Shown in pieces: positions 15,824-26,053 of a DNA stretch of 49,879 nt. The stretch comes from Thermoanaerobaculia bacterium (GTDB lineage: Bacteria; Acidobacteriota; Thermoanaerobaculia; Gp7-AA8): NCBI GenBank assembly GCA_038230775.1, contig JBBRMQ010000001.1, forward strand, positions 1-49,879. Direction: 5' to 3'. The position numbers and the translations under genes were made by a program. The number at the start of each line of letters is the position of its first letter. Position 1 is the first letter of the stretch. The notes under the pieces were generated by a model. That model did not search any database, was not told where the DNA came from, and saw only the letters and a program-made list of their open reading frames with translations.

Positions 15824-18799
15824 ATGAAAAGTAGGTTTTTAGTTTTGGCAATGGTGTTGTCCGTCCTGACTGCCGGCATCGTCTATGGGCAGGGCACGCA
15901 GACGGCAAACCTGGAAGGGACGGTGACCGATCAGTCGGGCGCCCCGCTTCCGGGAGTCACAATCACGGTGTCGTCGCCCTCGCTGATGGGCCAACGCACC
16001 GCGGTTACCACACGAGCAGGCGATTATCTGTTGCCGGGTCTCCCGCCGGGCGATTACAAGATCCAGTTCGGGCTCGAAGGAATGCGGGCGGCTGACGTCA
16101 AGAAGACGCTCAACCTGGGATCATCGACGCGCGTGGACGCAACGATGAAGATCACCTCCGTCAGCGAGGCCATCACCGTGACGGCGAGCAGTCCGTCAGT
16201 CCTCGAGAGCACCACCGTCGGCGCCAACATCAAGAAGGAAACGGTGGACGCGCTTCCCATCGTTCGTACCCCGGTAGGGATCGCGTCCCTCTCCGGCGGC
16301 GTCACCGGCGACATGGCCGGCCGCTCGCGAACCCCCGTCGCCAATCAGCTTTCGATCAACGGCGGAATGGCTTATGACAACAACATGCTGATCAACGGCG
16401 TCAACGTCCAGGACAACATCTTCGGGACGACCAACAACCTGTTCATCGAAGACGCCATCCAGGAAACGCAGGTGCTGACCTCCGGCATCTCCGCCGAGTA
16501 CGGCCACTTCACGGGCGGTGTTCTGAACGTCATCACGAAGAGTGGCAGCAACCAGCTCCAGGGTTCCTTCCGCGACGACCTCACGAAGGCGGGCTGGCTT
16601 GCGCTCACGCCGTACGAGAAAGGGTTCCGCGGAAACGGCGTAACCGCGGCGGCCCTCGTTCCTCACAAGGGCAAGCTTTCCCAGGTCTACGAGGCGACCC
16701 TCGGCGGGCCGATCATGCGCGATCGGATCTGGTTCTTCCTCGCCGGCCGCGACGCTAAGACGACCGTACCCAACTCGCTTGCGGTCACGGGCATTCAGGT
16801 CCCGGTCACCACGAAAAACCGCCGGCCTGAGTTCAAGCTGACCGCCAACCTCGGTTCCGGCCAGACGATTCAGGGCGACTACATCAATAATCCGGACATC
16901 CGAAACTACACGCTGCAGGTCGGTCCGATCGACCTCCCCGCGGTCGCTTCCAATCCGACCTTTCCCAACAAGGGCTACGCGGTCAACTACTCGGGTGTCC
17001 TCACCAGCACCCTCTTTGCAGAAGCCCGTTATTCGGCGAAGACATTTGGTTTCCGCAACACCGGCGGAACCTTGCGAGGGATCGTCGACAGCCCCTTCCG
17101 CAGCCTCGGCAAGAAGACGATCGACATCACGACCGGCAAGCTGCTGGCCACTACGTCCGGCACGTACAACGCGCCGTACTTCGACGGCACCGACCCCGAA
17201 GACCGGAACAACAAGCAGGCGTTCCTTGCAGGCTCCTACTTCCTGTCGAGCCAGAGTTTCGGGACTCACGACATGAAGGCGGGCCTGGAGCGGTTCGTCG
17301 ACACGCGCACGGGCGGCAACAGCCAGACGGCGACCAACTTCGTCTTCTACACGCCCTACGCCCTCTCGGACGGGAAGCCGCTGCTCGACGCCCAGGGACA
17401 TCTGGTTCCGGTGTTCACGCCGGGCACGAACACGACCTTCGGAAACAACAGCTACACGGGAATCGGCAACTGGATCTCGACCCGCGGAGCGAAGCTCGAC
17501 ACCACGACCAATTCCTTCTTCATCAACGATCGCTGGAATCTGAACAGCCACTGGTCGTTCAACCTTGGCGGGCGTTACGAAAAAGCAAAATCGAACGCTA
17601 CCGGCGGCATCATCGGCGTCGACACTTCGAACGCCGTTCCGCGTCTGGCCGCCTCGTTTGATCCGGCGGCGAACGGCCGGTTCAAGTTTGATGTGACGTA
17701 CGCGGGCTAGGTCGGCCGCTACAACCCGGCACTCGTCGGCTCCAATACGCCCGTCGGCCACCCTGCTCTGCTCTACGGTTACTACAATGGTCCCGCGGGA
17801 CGTGGCCGTGATTTTGCGCCGGGCTTTGACCCGAAGAATTACGTCTTCTATTACGCCAGCGTCCCGACCGCGAACGTCTTCGTCGCCAACAACCTCCACG
17901 CGCCGATCAGCCGGGAGTGGACCGTTTCCGGCGGCATGCAGATTTCGTCAACCGGCTTTGTCAAGGCTACGCTCACCGACCGCAAGTATTCGGACTTCAT
18001 CATCGCCGGCGTGGCGATCAAGAGCGGCTGCTCGGAGGTGATCTTCTCGGGAATCGACGCGGGCTGTTTCGACAACATCACCTACCAGAACAGCAACGGT
18101 CCGAAGCGCGATTACCAGGCTCTCGAGGTGCAGTCGCACTACGGCCTGACCCGCAGCTGGTCCATCGACGGGAACATCACGCACCAGTTCAAGAATGACG
18201 GCAATTACGAAGGAGAGGCCGGACAGTCGATTCCGACCGGCGCGTACGGCGTCCGCTCCGAGATCCAGAGTCCGCGCGAGCTGACGACGGGGCGTCTGGC
18301 CCAGTACGAAGCCAATCGCGTCCGTCTCTGGACCGTCTACAACTTCGACATGCATCGCGCGGGGAACCTCAGCGCTTCCATCCTCTGGAAGTATGACTCG
18401 CCGCTGACGTTCAGCTACAGCGCGAGCGTCGCGCGCTCCGCGGCGTCGAAAGCCCTGAATCCCGGCTACAAGAATTCGGGCAACAGCGTGACGATTTTGT
18501 TCGGCGATCGCGGCGCGGGGCAATTCAACGCCTCTTCGATCTTCGACGCCTCGATGCAGTACAGCCTGCCCATCGCCAGCAGAGTCACGCCGTGGTTCAA
18601 GTTCGACGTTACGAACCTTTTGCATAGCCAGAAGCTCATCACACACAACACGGCGATCACCGCCGATGCGACCAGTGCCAAGGACTCGCTCGGATATGCG
18701 ACCGGCTACACGAAGAACGCAACGTTCGGCCGGCCGGCCAGCGCGAACAGCTACGTCCAGCCACGTCAGTACCTCGCCTACGTCGGCGTGCGTTTCTAA
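15824..18799 (+). pseudogene. TonB-dependent receptor paralog (CarboxypepD_reg type) interrupted by one in-frame TAG at 17708-17710
   Basis: Track ORFs 15824..17710 and 17936..18799 are in the same frame, and 17711-17935 has no further stop. The read-through sequence stays receptor-like and ends in YVGVRF. GGAGGAG SD lies upstream and a terminator lies downstream. Confidence 0.8.
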
Positions 18800-18824
18800 T
18801 CGCTTCAACCCTACGGAGCTTCAC

Positions 18825-18857
18825 AGCGGGGCGGCCTGTCCGCCCCGCTTTTTTTTG
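18825..18857 (+). terminator. Rho-independent terminator
   Basis: AGCGGGGCGG-CCTGT-CCGCCCCGCT is followed by a T8 run. Confidence 0.8.
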
Positions 18858-18882
18858 ACCAGCGATCGACGAGGAAGACATC

Positions 18883-20427
18883 ATGCGTTTCATCAACGTT
18901 TGCGTCGCGGCGGTACTGCTCGCCACGCCACTAAGTGCGCAGCTCATCAAATATGCGGAATGGGCGGACGGGCCCGAGCGGCACCTCATGACCAAGGAAG
19001 AGATGGCGGAGTGGAAGACCCTCAAGAGCGACGATCGCGCACAGGCGTTCATCGATCTGTTCTGGGCCCGACGCGATCCGACGCCCGACACGCCGCGGAA
19101 CGAGTTTCGCGAGCAATTCAACGCGCTGGTCGCGCTGGCCAACAAGCAGTTCACATCCGCTCGTACGCGCGGGTCCATGAGCGATCCCGGAAAAGTCCTG
19201 CTCCTCCTCGGGCCGCCCTACCAGATTTCGAGCCGCGGCGGCAGCGCCTCGCGAGCGTCGGCCGCGGTGGCAGGCGGAAGCGCACCCACCGATGTAGACG
19301 GAGGTCTGTCGTTACCGCATCCCGTGGCGGAAGCGCCACGGCAGATCTGGAGTTACGCACACGACAAGAAGCCGAAGTTCGTCCCTTATCCCGACTTTGT
19401 TCTCGTCTTCACCGATGAAGGACAGAATGAATGGCAGCTTGCCCATACCGAGCGAGTCAATCCGGACGCTCTCCTCACGATGGCGGTCAAGGCGTACATC
19501 GTCTCTCCCAACCTGACGCAGCCCCGGTTCGGGTCCGCTTCCGCGTCGACTCCCGCGGCCGCCGCTCCTGCCGCATCCTTTCAGAGCGCTGAGCTCGCGA
19601 CCGCCTACAAAGAGTTTCGCGCCAGCCAGAAGCCCGTGATCGGTCCCGCGTCCCTGACCTACGGCGAGTTCGTCACTCCCGAGGGCGACTCGTTCGTTGC
19701 ATCGCAACTGTATGTTCCGGCTGGATCAGGCATTTCGTCCGGCCAGGACGTCACGTTCTTCAGCGTGGTTGAAAATGAGGGTGGCGATCCGGTCCTCATC
19801 CATGAAGAGCCGGCTAAGGTCATGGCCACGGGCAACGACTCTTACGTTGACGGATCGGTGCACCTGCCGTCGGGACACTACCGCGCGACATTCGGCATCG
19901 CCTCCGGCAAGACGATCCTCTCCGCCACGCGCACCGAACTGGAGGTCGAGCCACTCGATCCGGCGAAAAGCGCCGTTTCCCCTCTCCTCCTTTCCAGCAG
20001 CATCACCCCGCTGAACAACTCGTGGCACGCTGACGACCCGTTCACGTTCGGTGGACTGAAAGTCGTTCCAAAAGGCAACGGCGTGTTCACCACGCAAGAC
20101 AATCTCTGGTATTTCGTGGAACTGCGGAATCCGGGACTGAACGAACAGAAGACGCCTGCAGTCGACGTCCAGGTTGAGATCTCCGGGACGACGGCTAAAG
20201 GACCGATGCACGTGAAGTTGCCGAAGGCGTCATCCGCCGAGATCGCGCCCCTCAAGGGAACGAAAGACCGCTACGCGCTCGGAGTCGCCATTCCGCTCGA
20301 TACCTTCAGGCCGGGGCAGTACACGATCAGGGTCCATGTTGTCGACATGGTGCTTGCGAAAGCCTATGACCTGGAAAAGCCCTTCAAGATCGCCGCATCG
20401 GTCGCACCTGCTCCGGCCCGGCCATGA
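18883..20427 (+). CDS. GWxTD domain-containing protein
   Basis: It has a signal peptide followed by the family motif block FIDLFWARRDPTPDTPRNEF...F......G..SDPGKVLLLLGPPYQI. This corresponds to FW.rRDP.P.T..NE ... GW.TDrG.vyi.yGpP. Confidence 0.75.
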   Translation: MRFINVCVAAVLLATPLSAQLIKYAEWADGPERHLMTKEEMAEWKTLKSDDRAQAFIDLFWARRDPTPDTPRNEFREQFNALVALANKQFTSARTRGSMSDPGKVLLLLGPPYQISSRGGSASRASAAVAGGSAPTDVDGGLSLPHPVAEAPRQIWSYAHDKKPKFVPYPDFVLVFTDEGQNEWQLAHTERVNPDALLTMAVKAYIVSPNLTQPRFGSASASTPAAAAPAASFQSAELATAYKEFRASQKPVIGPASLTYGEFVTPEGDSFVASQLYVPAGSGISSGQDVTFFSVVENEGGDPVLIHEEPAKVMATGNDSYVDGSVHLPSGHYRATFGIASGKTILSATRTELEVEPLDPAKSAVSPLLLSSSITPLNNSWHADDPFTFGGLKVVPKGNGVFTTQDNLWYFVELRNPGLNEQKTPAVDVQVEISGTTAKGPMHVKLPKASSAEIAPLKGTKDRYALGVAIPLDTFRPGQYTIRVHVVDMVLAKAYDLEKPFKIAASVAPAPARP

Positions 20428-20445
20428 CCTTTTTCCTCGGCTCTT

Positions 20446-20495
20446 GTGTGTGAACCGGCTTCAGCCGGTCGACCGGCTAAAGCCGGTCCGCACAC
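20446..20495. repeat. REP-like palindromic element, type V (head-to-head pair)
   Basis: GTGTGTGAACCGGCTTCAGCCGGTC is followed by GACCGGCTAAAGCCGGTCCGCACAC. A near-identical pair lies at 24194-24249. Confidence 0.85.
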
Positions 20496-20561
20496 CGAAA
20501 CCGCGGGCCGTTTCAAGATGATGTTTTGAGACAACGATCGCGTCCCATACCATCGACATCG

Positions 20562-22694
20562 ATGTTCCGGTTCCGATCGTGGATGGCTGCATTGGTGCTG
20601 ATGGCTGGTCTCGCATCCTGCCATCGGTCTTCCCCCAGCCAATTCCCGAAGGCCCCGATCATTCTGATTTCCATCGACACGCTTCGCGCCGACCACCTCT
20701 CGGTTTACGGCGCGAAGCTGGTCGAGACCCCGGCCATCGACCGGCTGGCCGGCGACGGTATCGTCTTCGAGAACGCGTACTCCCACGTTCCGCTCACCTT
20801 TCCGTCGCACGTCACCATGATGACCGGGCGGCTGCCGTACGAGAACGGAGTGCGCAGCAACATCGGCTACTCCATCCAGCGGGACGCACAAGCGACTCTG
20901 CCTCGCCTTCTGGCCGCGAACGGCTACGCGACCGGAGCGGCCGTCTCCGCGTACGTGCTGCGAGGCGAGACCGGTTTGCGCGCGCTCTTCGATTTCTACG
21001 ACGACTCGATGGAAGTGTGGGACTCGGCGACGTTAGGCGCACTCCAACGCCGCGGAGACGAGACGGCGCGTGTCGCGCTTGGGTGGGTGGATCGGGTGCA
21101 GGCGCGTCCCTTTTTTTTGTTTCTGCATCTGTTCGAGCCGCACACACCCTACGAGCCGGTGGAACCGTTCAAGTCCAAGTACGCCGATCCCTACGACGGC
21201 GAGATCGCCACCGCCGATGCGATCGTTGGCCGGTTCCTCGCCGATCTCGATCGACGCGGCCTTTACGACAAAGCGATGATCGTTCTGGTCGGCGACCACG
21301 GCGAAGGGTTGGGCGATCACGGTGAGGCGGAGCACGGCGTGTTGTTGTACCGCGAAGTCCTCCACGTGCCGATGATCGTGAAGCTGCCCGGACGAACGCG
21401 AGCGGGTTCGCGCGTAGCGGATCCTGCGCAGCTGATCGATCTTCTGCCCACCATCGCGGCGGCATCCGGCACGAAGGTTCCGGACGGCCTCCCCGGCATG
21501 TCGCTGCTCGAATTGGGGCAAGCGGGCGCACACGCAGAGCGTTCGATCTACAGCGAGACCCTCTATCCACGGCTGCACCTCGGATGGAGTCAACTCCGTT
21601 CACTCACCACCGCGCGCGACCATTACATCGAGAGTCCCGCGCCCGAGCTGTTCGATGTCGTCAACGATCCACACGAGAAACAGAATATCCGCGACAACAG
21701 CCGCCGCGAGGCTCGCTCGCTCGCCGATGCGCTGGCGAAAGTGCCGCTCAATCTTCAGGCCCAGAGCGCGGTGAGCAGCGAGGAGATGGCGCGTCTGGCC
21801 GCGTTAGGCTATCTGTCCGGCGCGGCTTCGCAGACCGCGGGACCGCTCCGCAATCCACGCGACAACATCGGTCTCCTCGCGCGCGTGCAGCAGACGTTCG
21901 TGCTCAATCAGCAGGGGAAGTATCGTGAGAGCGTCGCCCTCTGCCGCGAAATCCTGCGCGATGACCCTGATCTCGTCGATGTCTACATGCAGATAGCCGG
22001 CAATCTGCGCCGGCTCGGCAGACTCGATGACGCGCTCGCGGCGTATCGGGAAGCCATTCGACGCTCGCCGCAGCTCGTCGATTCGGTGGCGATCGAGGTG
22101 GCGAACCTCGAGCTCGATCGGGGCGATCTCAAGGCCGCGGAGCTGAACGCACGGCAGGCGATCAAGCTCAATCCCGATGACGCGCATCTCGTGCTGGCCG
22201 CGATCGCGGAGGCGCGCGGCGATCTGCCGGCGGCGGTACGCGAGGCGCGGCTGGCCCTCGGTCCCGCAGATCGACCGCGCGTTCCCGCTCTCATCGCGCT
22301 CGCGCGTCTTCTCACCACGCAACTGAAACTGGATGAAGCACTCAGCGTTGCGAACCGCGCTGCCGAACGTGTAGCAGAGAATCGTGCGCATCCGGTCGCC
22401 ACGCTGGCGTCGACCCGTGGCGACATCCTCGCGCGCATGGGCCGCAACCAGGAAGCGGAGAACGCGTTCCGTAATGAGATCCGCAACTTCCCGGCGACGA
22501 CCGATGCCTACACTCGCCTCGCATTGCTGCTGGCTGCGGAACATCGATTCGGCGAGATCGAGCCAACGCTGGAGTCGATGGTGAAGGCATCGCCCTCTCC
22601 GGCCACTTTTCTCCTCGCCGCGCGGGAGATGCACGACCTCGGCAACGAAGCGGGCGCAGCCGCGTTTCGCCGGCGCGCCGCATTGGTCCGCTGA
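20562..22694 (+). CDS. sulfatase-family (alkaline-phosphatase superfamily) lipoprotein with C-terminal TPR repeats
   Basis: I chose the start at ATG 20562, which gives MFRFRSWMAALVLMAGLASC (a lipobox). It has sulfatase motifs (ILISIDTLRADHLSVYG, LFEPHTPY, GDHGEGLGDHGE). The C-terminal 280 aa or so are TPR-like helical repeats. Confidence 0.85.
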   Translation: MFRFRSWMAALVLMAGLASCHRSSPSQFPKAPIILISIDTLRADHLSVYGAKLVETPAIDRLAGDGIVFENAYSHVPLTFPSHVTMMTGRLPYENGVRSNIGYSIQRDAQATLPRLLAANGYATGAAVSAYVLRGETGLRALFDFYDDSMEVWDSATLGALQRRGDETARVALGWVDRVQARPFFLFLHLFEPHTPYEPVEPFKSKYADPYDGEIATADAIVGRFLADLDRRGLYDKAMIVLVGDHGEGLGDHGEAEHGVLLYREVLHVPMIVKLPGRTRAGSRVADPAQLIDLLPTIAAASGTKVPDGLPGMSLLELGQAGAHAERSIYSETLYPRLHLGWSQLRSLTTARDHYIESPAPELFDVVNDPHEKQNIRDNSRREARSLADALAKVPLNLQAQSAVSSEEMARLAALGYLSGAASQTAGPLRNPRDNIGLLARVQQTFVLNQQGKYRESVALCREILRDDPDLVDVYMQIAGNLRRLGRLDDALAAYREAIRRSPQLVDSVAIEVANLELDRGDLKAAELNARQAIKLNPDDAHLVLAAIAEARGDLPAAVREARLALGPADRPRVPALIALARLLTTQLKLDEALSVANRAAERVAENRAHPVATLASTRGDILARMGRNQEAENAFRNEIRNFPATTDAYTRLALLLAAEHRFGEIEPTLESMVKASPSPATFLLAAREMHDLGNEAGAAAFRRRAALVR

Positions 22695-22838
22695 GGTCGC
22701 TGACAGGTTCAAGAACGCAGACCAAGGGCTACGTGAGCACAACCGATTTCGGCGTTGTTCCGTAGCTACGAAAACTCAGCGCAAGTGCGAGAAACCCGCA
22801 TTTGTGCAGAGCTTCCCTGATCCCGCGCCCACAGAAAC

Positions 22839-24182
22839 CTAGTCGTTCGCCAGAATCCAGGACAACGCTGCAATCGCGGCGCTGTCCTGCGCGAGCTCTT
22901 TCGGATCCACCTTGTCCAGCGTGTCGGCTGGCGAGTGGTGGTAATCGAAGTAGTGCAGCGGATCGGGCACGAACCCGAAGCTCGGCACGCCCGCCTCGGT
23001 CAGCGGCGAGATGTCCGCTCCCGTCTCCGCCTCGGTCTCGAATCGGTTCGCGTTCAAAGCAACCAGCGATGACGTGCGACGCTCGAGCGCGGCGAGCGCA
23101 TCGCCTTTCAGTGTCGTGGAGAAACCGGTCGGCGCCGCGGCACCGGCATCGGTCTCCAACGCGGCGACGTGATGTTCACCTTTGTGACGATCCGCATAGG
23201 CGTGCCCGCCGCGCAGCCCGTTCTCTTCATTCATGAACAGGACGCAACGGATCGTGCGACGCGGCTGCAGGTTCATCTCCTTCATCAACCGCATCGCCTC
23301 CATGGCCATCGCCACGCCGGAGCCGTCGTCGATGGCGCCGGTGCCGAGGTCCCAGGAGTCGAGGTGAGCGCCGATGAGGACGATCTCGTCGGGCTTCTCG
23401 CTTCCGCGAAGCTCCGCAATCACGTTCGCTGACGCGACATCGGGCAGCGTGCGCGGAGTCAGCACGAGATGCATGCGTACGCGCTCACCTTTCTTCACCA
23501 GGCGATGCACGAGCATCGCATCTTCCGCCGTCATGGCAGCCGCGGGGATCTTCGGCTGCTTCGCGTCGTAGCGCAGCGCGCCCGTGTGCGGCGTGCGCAA
23601 TGAAGCGGATCCCACCGATCGGATGACCACCGCCAGCGCGCCGTACTCCGCCGCCCGGCTCGCGCCGTTGCCGCGGAACTCCACCGCGATGCGGTAGGCC
23701 TCAAAGCTGCGGTGCGAACGCACGAGCTCCATGTCCATCGGGTTGTCGAAGAAAACGATCTTCCCTTTGATCTTGGGGCCGAGGCCTTTCAACTCATCGT
23801 AGGAGTGGACTTCGACGACATCGGCCGTCATGCCTTTCGCCGGCGTGGCCACGCTTCCGCCTAACGCCGTGAGAACGATCTTCTGGTTGTGATGCGAGAC
23901 GAGCGACGCCCGCTCTTCGCCGCGGACCCAGTGCGGCACCATGATCGGCTCGTTCGTGACGGGAATGCCCCACGCGCGGAACTGCGCGGTCGTCCATGCC
24001 ACCGCCGCAGCGGCGTTCCGCGATCCGCTGAGACGCGGGCCGATGTTGTCGCTGAGGTACGCGAGCGTCTCGTACGCTTTCGAGGAGGCGAGCTCGCGCT
24101 GGATGAGGTTGTCCGGCGTGCTCTGAGCGGACGCGCTCGACGTAATGGCGAGCGCCGCGATGAGGTGCGCGTAGCGTTTCAT
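22839..24182 (-). CDS. M28 family metallopeptidase with PA domain
   Basis: It has a signal peptide and M28 zinc-ligand blocks (IGAHLDSWDLGTGAIDDGSG, FMNEENGLRGG, DYHHSPADT). Confidence 0.88.
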   Translation of the reverse strand: MKRYAHLIAALAITSSASAQSTPDNLIQRELASSKAYETLAYLSDNIGPRLSGSRNAAAAVAWTTAQFRAWGIPVTNEPIMVPHWVRGEERASLVSHHNQKIVLTALGGSVATPAKGMTADVVEVHSYDELKGLGPKIKGKIVFFDNPMDMELVRSHRSFEAYRIAVEFRGNGASRAAEYGALAVVIRSVGSASLRTPHTGALRYDAKQPKIPAAAMTAEDAMLVHRLVKKGERVRMHLVLTPRTLPDVASANVIAELRGSEKPDEIVLIGAHLDSWDLGTGAIDDGSGVAMAMEAMRLMKEMNLQPRRTIRCVLFMNEENGLRGGHAYADRHKGEHHVAALETDAGAAAPTGFSTTLKGDALAALERRTSSLVALNANRFETEAETGADISPLTEAGVPSFGFVPDPLHYFDYHHSPADTLDKVDPKELAQDSAAIAALSWILAND

Positions 24183-24193
24183 ACGTTGTTTCT

Positions 24194-24249
24194 GTGTGAG
24201 GACCGGCTTCAGCCGGTCGCTCTCGACCGGCTGAAGCCGGTCCTCACAC
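24194..24249. repeat. REP-like palindromic element, type V (head-to-head pair)
   Basis: GTGTGAGGACCGGCTTCAGCCGGTC, a GCTCTC spacer, then GACCGGCTGAAGCCGGTCCTCACAC. It lies downstream of the YHS gene. Confidence 0.85.
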
Positions 24250-24261
24250 TACTACAGCGCA

Positions 24262-24438
24262 TCAGTGATACTTCTTCGGATCCTTCTCGAATTCGTCCTT
24301 ACAGCGCGAGGAACAGAAGTAATGCGAGTGCTCGCCGTGCTCGATCTTCGCCGGCGCGTTGTCGACATCGACGATCATTTTGCACACCGGATCGATCGCC
24401 TGGCGCGACGTGCGCCGCTTGGAAGGATCTTCAGCCAT
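24262..24438 (-). CDS. YHS/TRASH domain-containing small protein
   Basis: 58 aa with DPVCKM.VD......H.....YFCSSRCKDEF..DP..Y, the YHS metal-binding motif. Its ATG overlaps the stop of the upstream dehydrogenase (TGATG). Confidence 0.75.
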   Translation of the reverse strand: MAEDPSKRRTSRQAIDPVCKMIVDVDNAPAKIEHGEHSHYFCSSRCKDEFEKDPKKYH

Positions 24439-25979
24439 CAGATTTCCTCCGTATCGATTTGCGCGCGCTGGAGCGAGCCGGAGTAGTCGACGTAGATCGA
24501 CTTCCACTCGCTGAACACGTCGATGCCGGCGATGCCCGCCTCGCGATGTCCGTTGCCGGTCTGCTTCGTTCCGCCGAACGGCAGGTGCACTTCGGCACCG
24601 ATCGTCGGCGCGTTGACGTAGAAGATGCCCGTGTACATGTCGCGCATCGCGATGAACGCGTTGTTGATGTCGCGCGTGTAGATCGAGGACGACAGCCCGT
24701 ACTTGACGCCGTTGCCGATGGAAATCGCCTCTTCCAGCGAGTCGCAGCGCATGACGGCGGTGACCGGGCCGAAGATCTCCTCCTGCGCGATGCGCATGCC
24801 CGGTTTCACATCGGCGAACACCGTCGGCTCGTGAAAGTGCCCGCCCGCATGCACACCGGTCGTAAGCGCCGATCCGCCCGCGACCACTCGCGCGCCTTCG
24901 TCCTTGCCGATCTTGACGTAACTCTCGACGGTCTTCACCTGCGACGCCGAGACGTTCGGTCCCATGTCCGTCTTCTCGTCGAGCCCGTTGCCCACGCGCA
25001 GTTTTTTGGCGCGCCCGGCGAGTTTCTCGACGAACTGATCGTAAATCTTGCGATGGGCGACGATGCGCGAGGCGGCCGTGCAGCGCTGACCGGCTGTGCC
25101 GAACGCGCCCCACAACGCGCCATCGACCGCGAGGTCGACGTCGGCGTCATCCATCACCATGATGATGTTCTTGCCGCCCATCTCCAGGTGAACGTGCTTG
25201 AACTGCGGCGCGCACGCCACCGAGATGTCGCGGCCGACGTCCGTCGATCCGGTGAACGAGATCACCGCCACCTTCGGATGATGCGTCATCGGCTCGCCGA
25301 CTTCGCGTCCGCCGCCGGAGACGACGTTGAACACGCCCTTCGGCAGCCCCGCCTCTTCAAACGCTTCCGCCAGCATCACGACGGACAGCGGCGTCAGCGA
25401 CGCCGGCTTGATGACGACGGTGTTGCCGCAGATCAGCGCGGCCATCGACTTCCACGCCGGAATGGCGATCGGAAAGTTCCACGGCGTGATCAATCCAACT
25501 ACGCCTAACGGCATGCGCACGGCCATGTTGAACTTGTTCGGCAGCTCCGATGGAGTGGTCACGCCGTGCAGACGACGCCCTTCGCCCGCCATGAGGAGCG
25601 CCATGTCGATCGCTTCCTGCACGTCGCCGCGCGTCTCGGTCAGCACCTTGCCCATCTCGCGGGTCATCTCGCGCGCAATCTTTTCCTTGTCCCGCTTCAG
25701 GATGTCTGCCACGCGGTAGAGATACTCCGCGCGCCGCGGCGCGGGCGTGAGACGCCAGGTGGCGAACGCGCGATCCGCCGCTTCCACCGCGGCATTCAAA
25801 TCATCCGCGTTCGACTCCGGGAACGTGCCGATGAAATCGTCGCGATCGGCGGGATTGCGGTTCTCGAACGTCTGCCCGCTCTTCGACGCGATCCACTTGC
25901 CGTCGATGTAATTCTTGTAGTCGCGAGCGGAACGCAATTCTCCGAACTTGGTTTTCTCCAGCGTTGCGGTCTTGGACAT
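24438..25979 (-). CDS. NAD(P)-dependent aldehyde dehydrogenase family protein
   Basis: ALDH motifs are present: [16 protein letters not shown], the catalytic Cys in GQRCTA, and EEIFGPV. The start is ATG 25979, preceded by GGAGAG. The 22 upstream track-ORF codons lie in the repeat hairpin. Confidence 0.9.
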   Translation of the reverse strand: MSKTATLEKTKFGELRSARDYKNYIDGKWIASKSGQTFENRNPADRDDFIGTFPESNADDLNAAVEAADRAFATWRLTPAPRRAEYLYRVADILKRDKEKIAREMTREMGKVLTETRGDVQEAIDMALLMAGEGRRLHGVTTPSELPNKFNMAVRMPLGVVGLITPWNFPIAIPAWKSMAALICGNTVVIKPASLTPLSVVMLAEAFEEAGLPKGVFNVVSGGGREVGEPMTHHPKVAVISFTGSTDVGRDISVACAPQFKHVHLEMGGKNIIMVMDDADVDLAVDGALWGAFGTAGQRCTAASRIVAHRKIYDQFVEKLAGRAKKLRVGNGLDEKTDMGPNVSASQVKTVESYVKIGKDEGARVVAGGSALTTGVHAGGHFHEPTVFADVKPGMRIAQEEIFGPVTAVMRCDSLEEAISIGNGVKYGLSSSIYTRDINNAFIAMRDMYTGIFYVNAPTIGAEVHLPFGGTKQTGNGHREAGIAGIDVFSEWKSIYVDYSGSLQRAQIDTEEI

Positions 25980-25987
25980 GAACTCTC

Positions 25988-26053
25988 CGGTTATCGGTTG
26001 TCGGTTGTCGGTTGTCAACGGCTTCTGACAACCGACAACTGACAACCGACAAC
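25988..26053. repeat. hairpin built from CGGTTGT heptamers
   Basis: CGGTTAT CGGTTGT CGGTTGT CGGTTGT (25988-26015), a loop CAACGGCTTCT, then GACAACCGACAACTGACAACCGACAAC (26027-26053). It lies between the bactofilin stop and the ALDH start. Confidence 0.85.
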
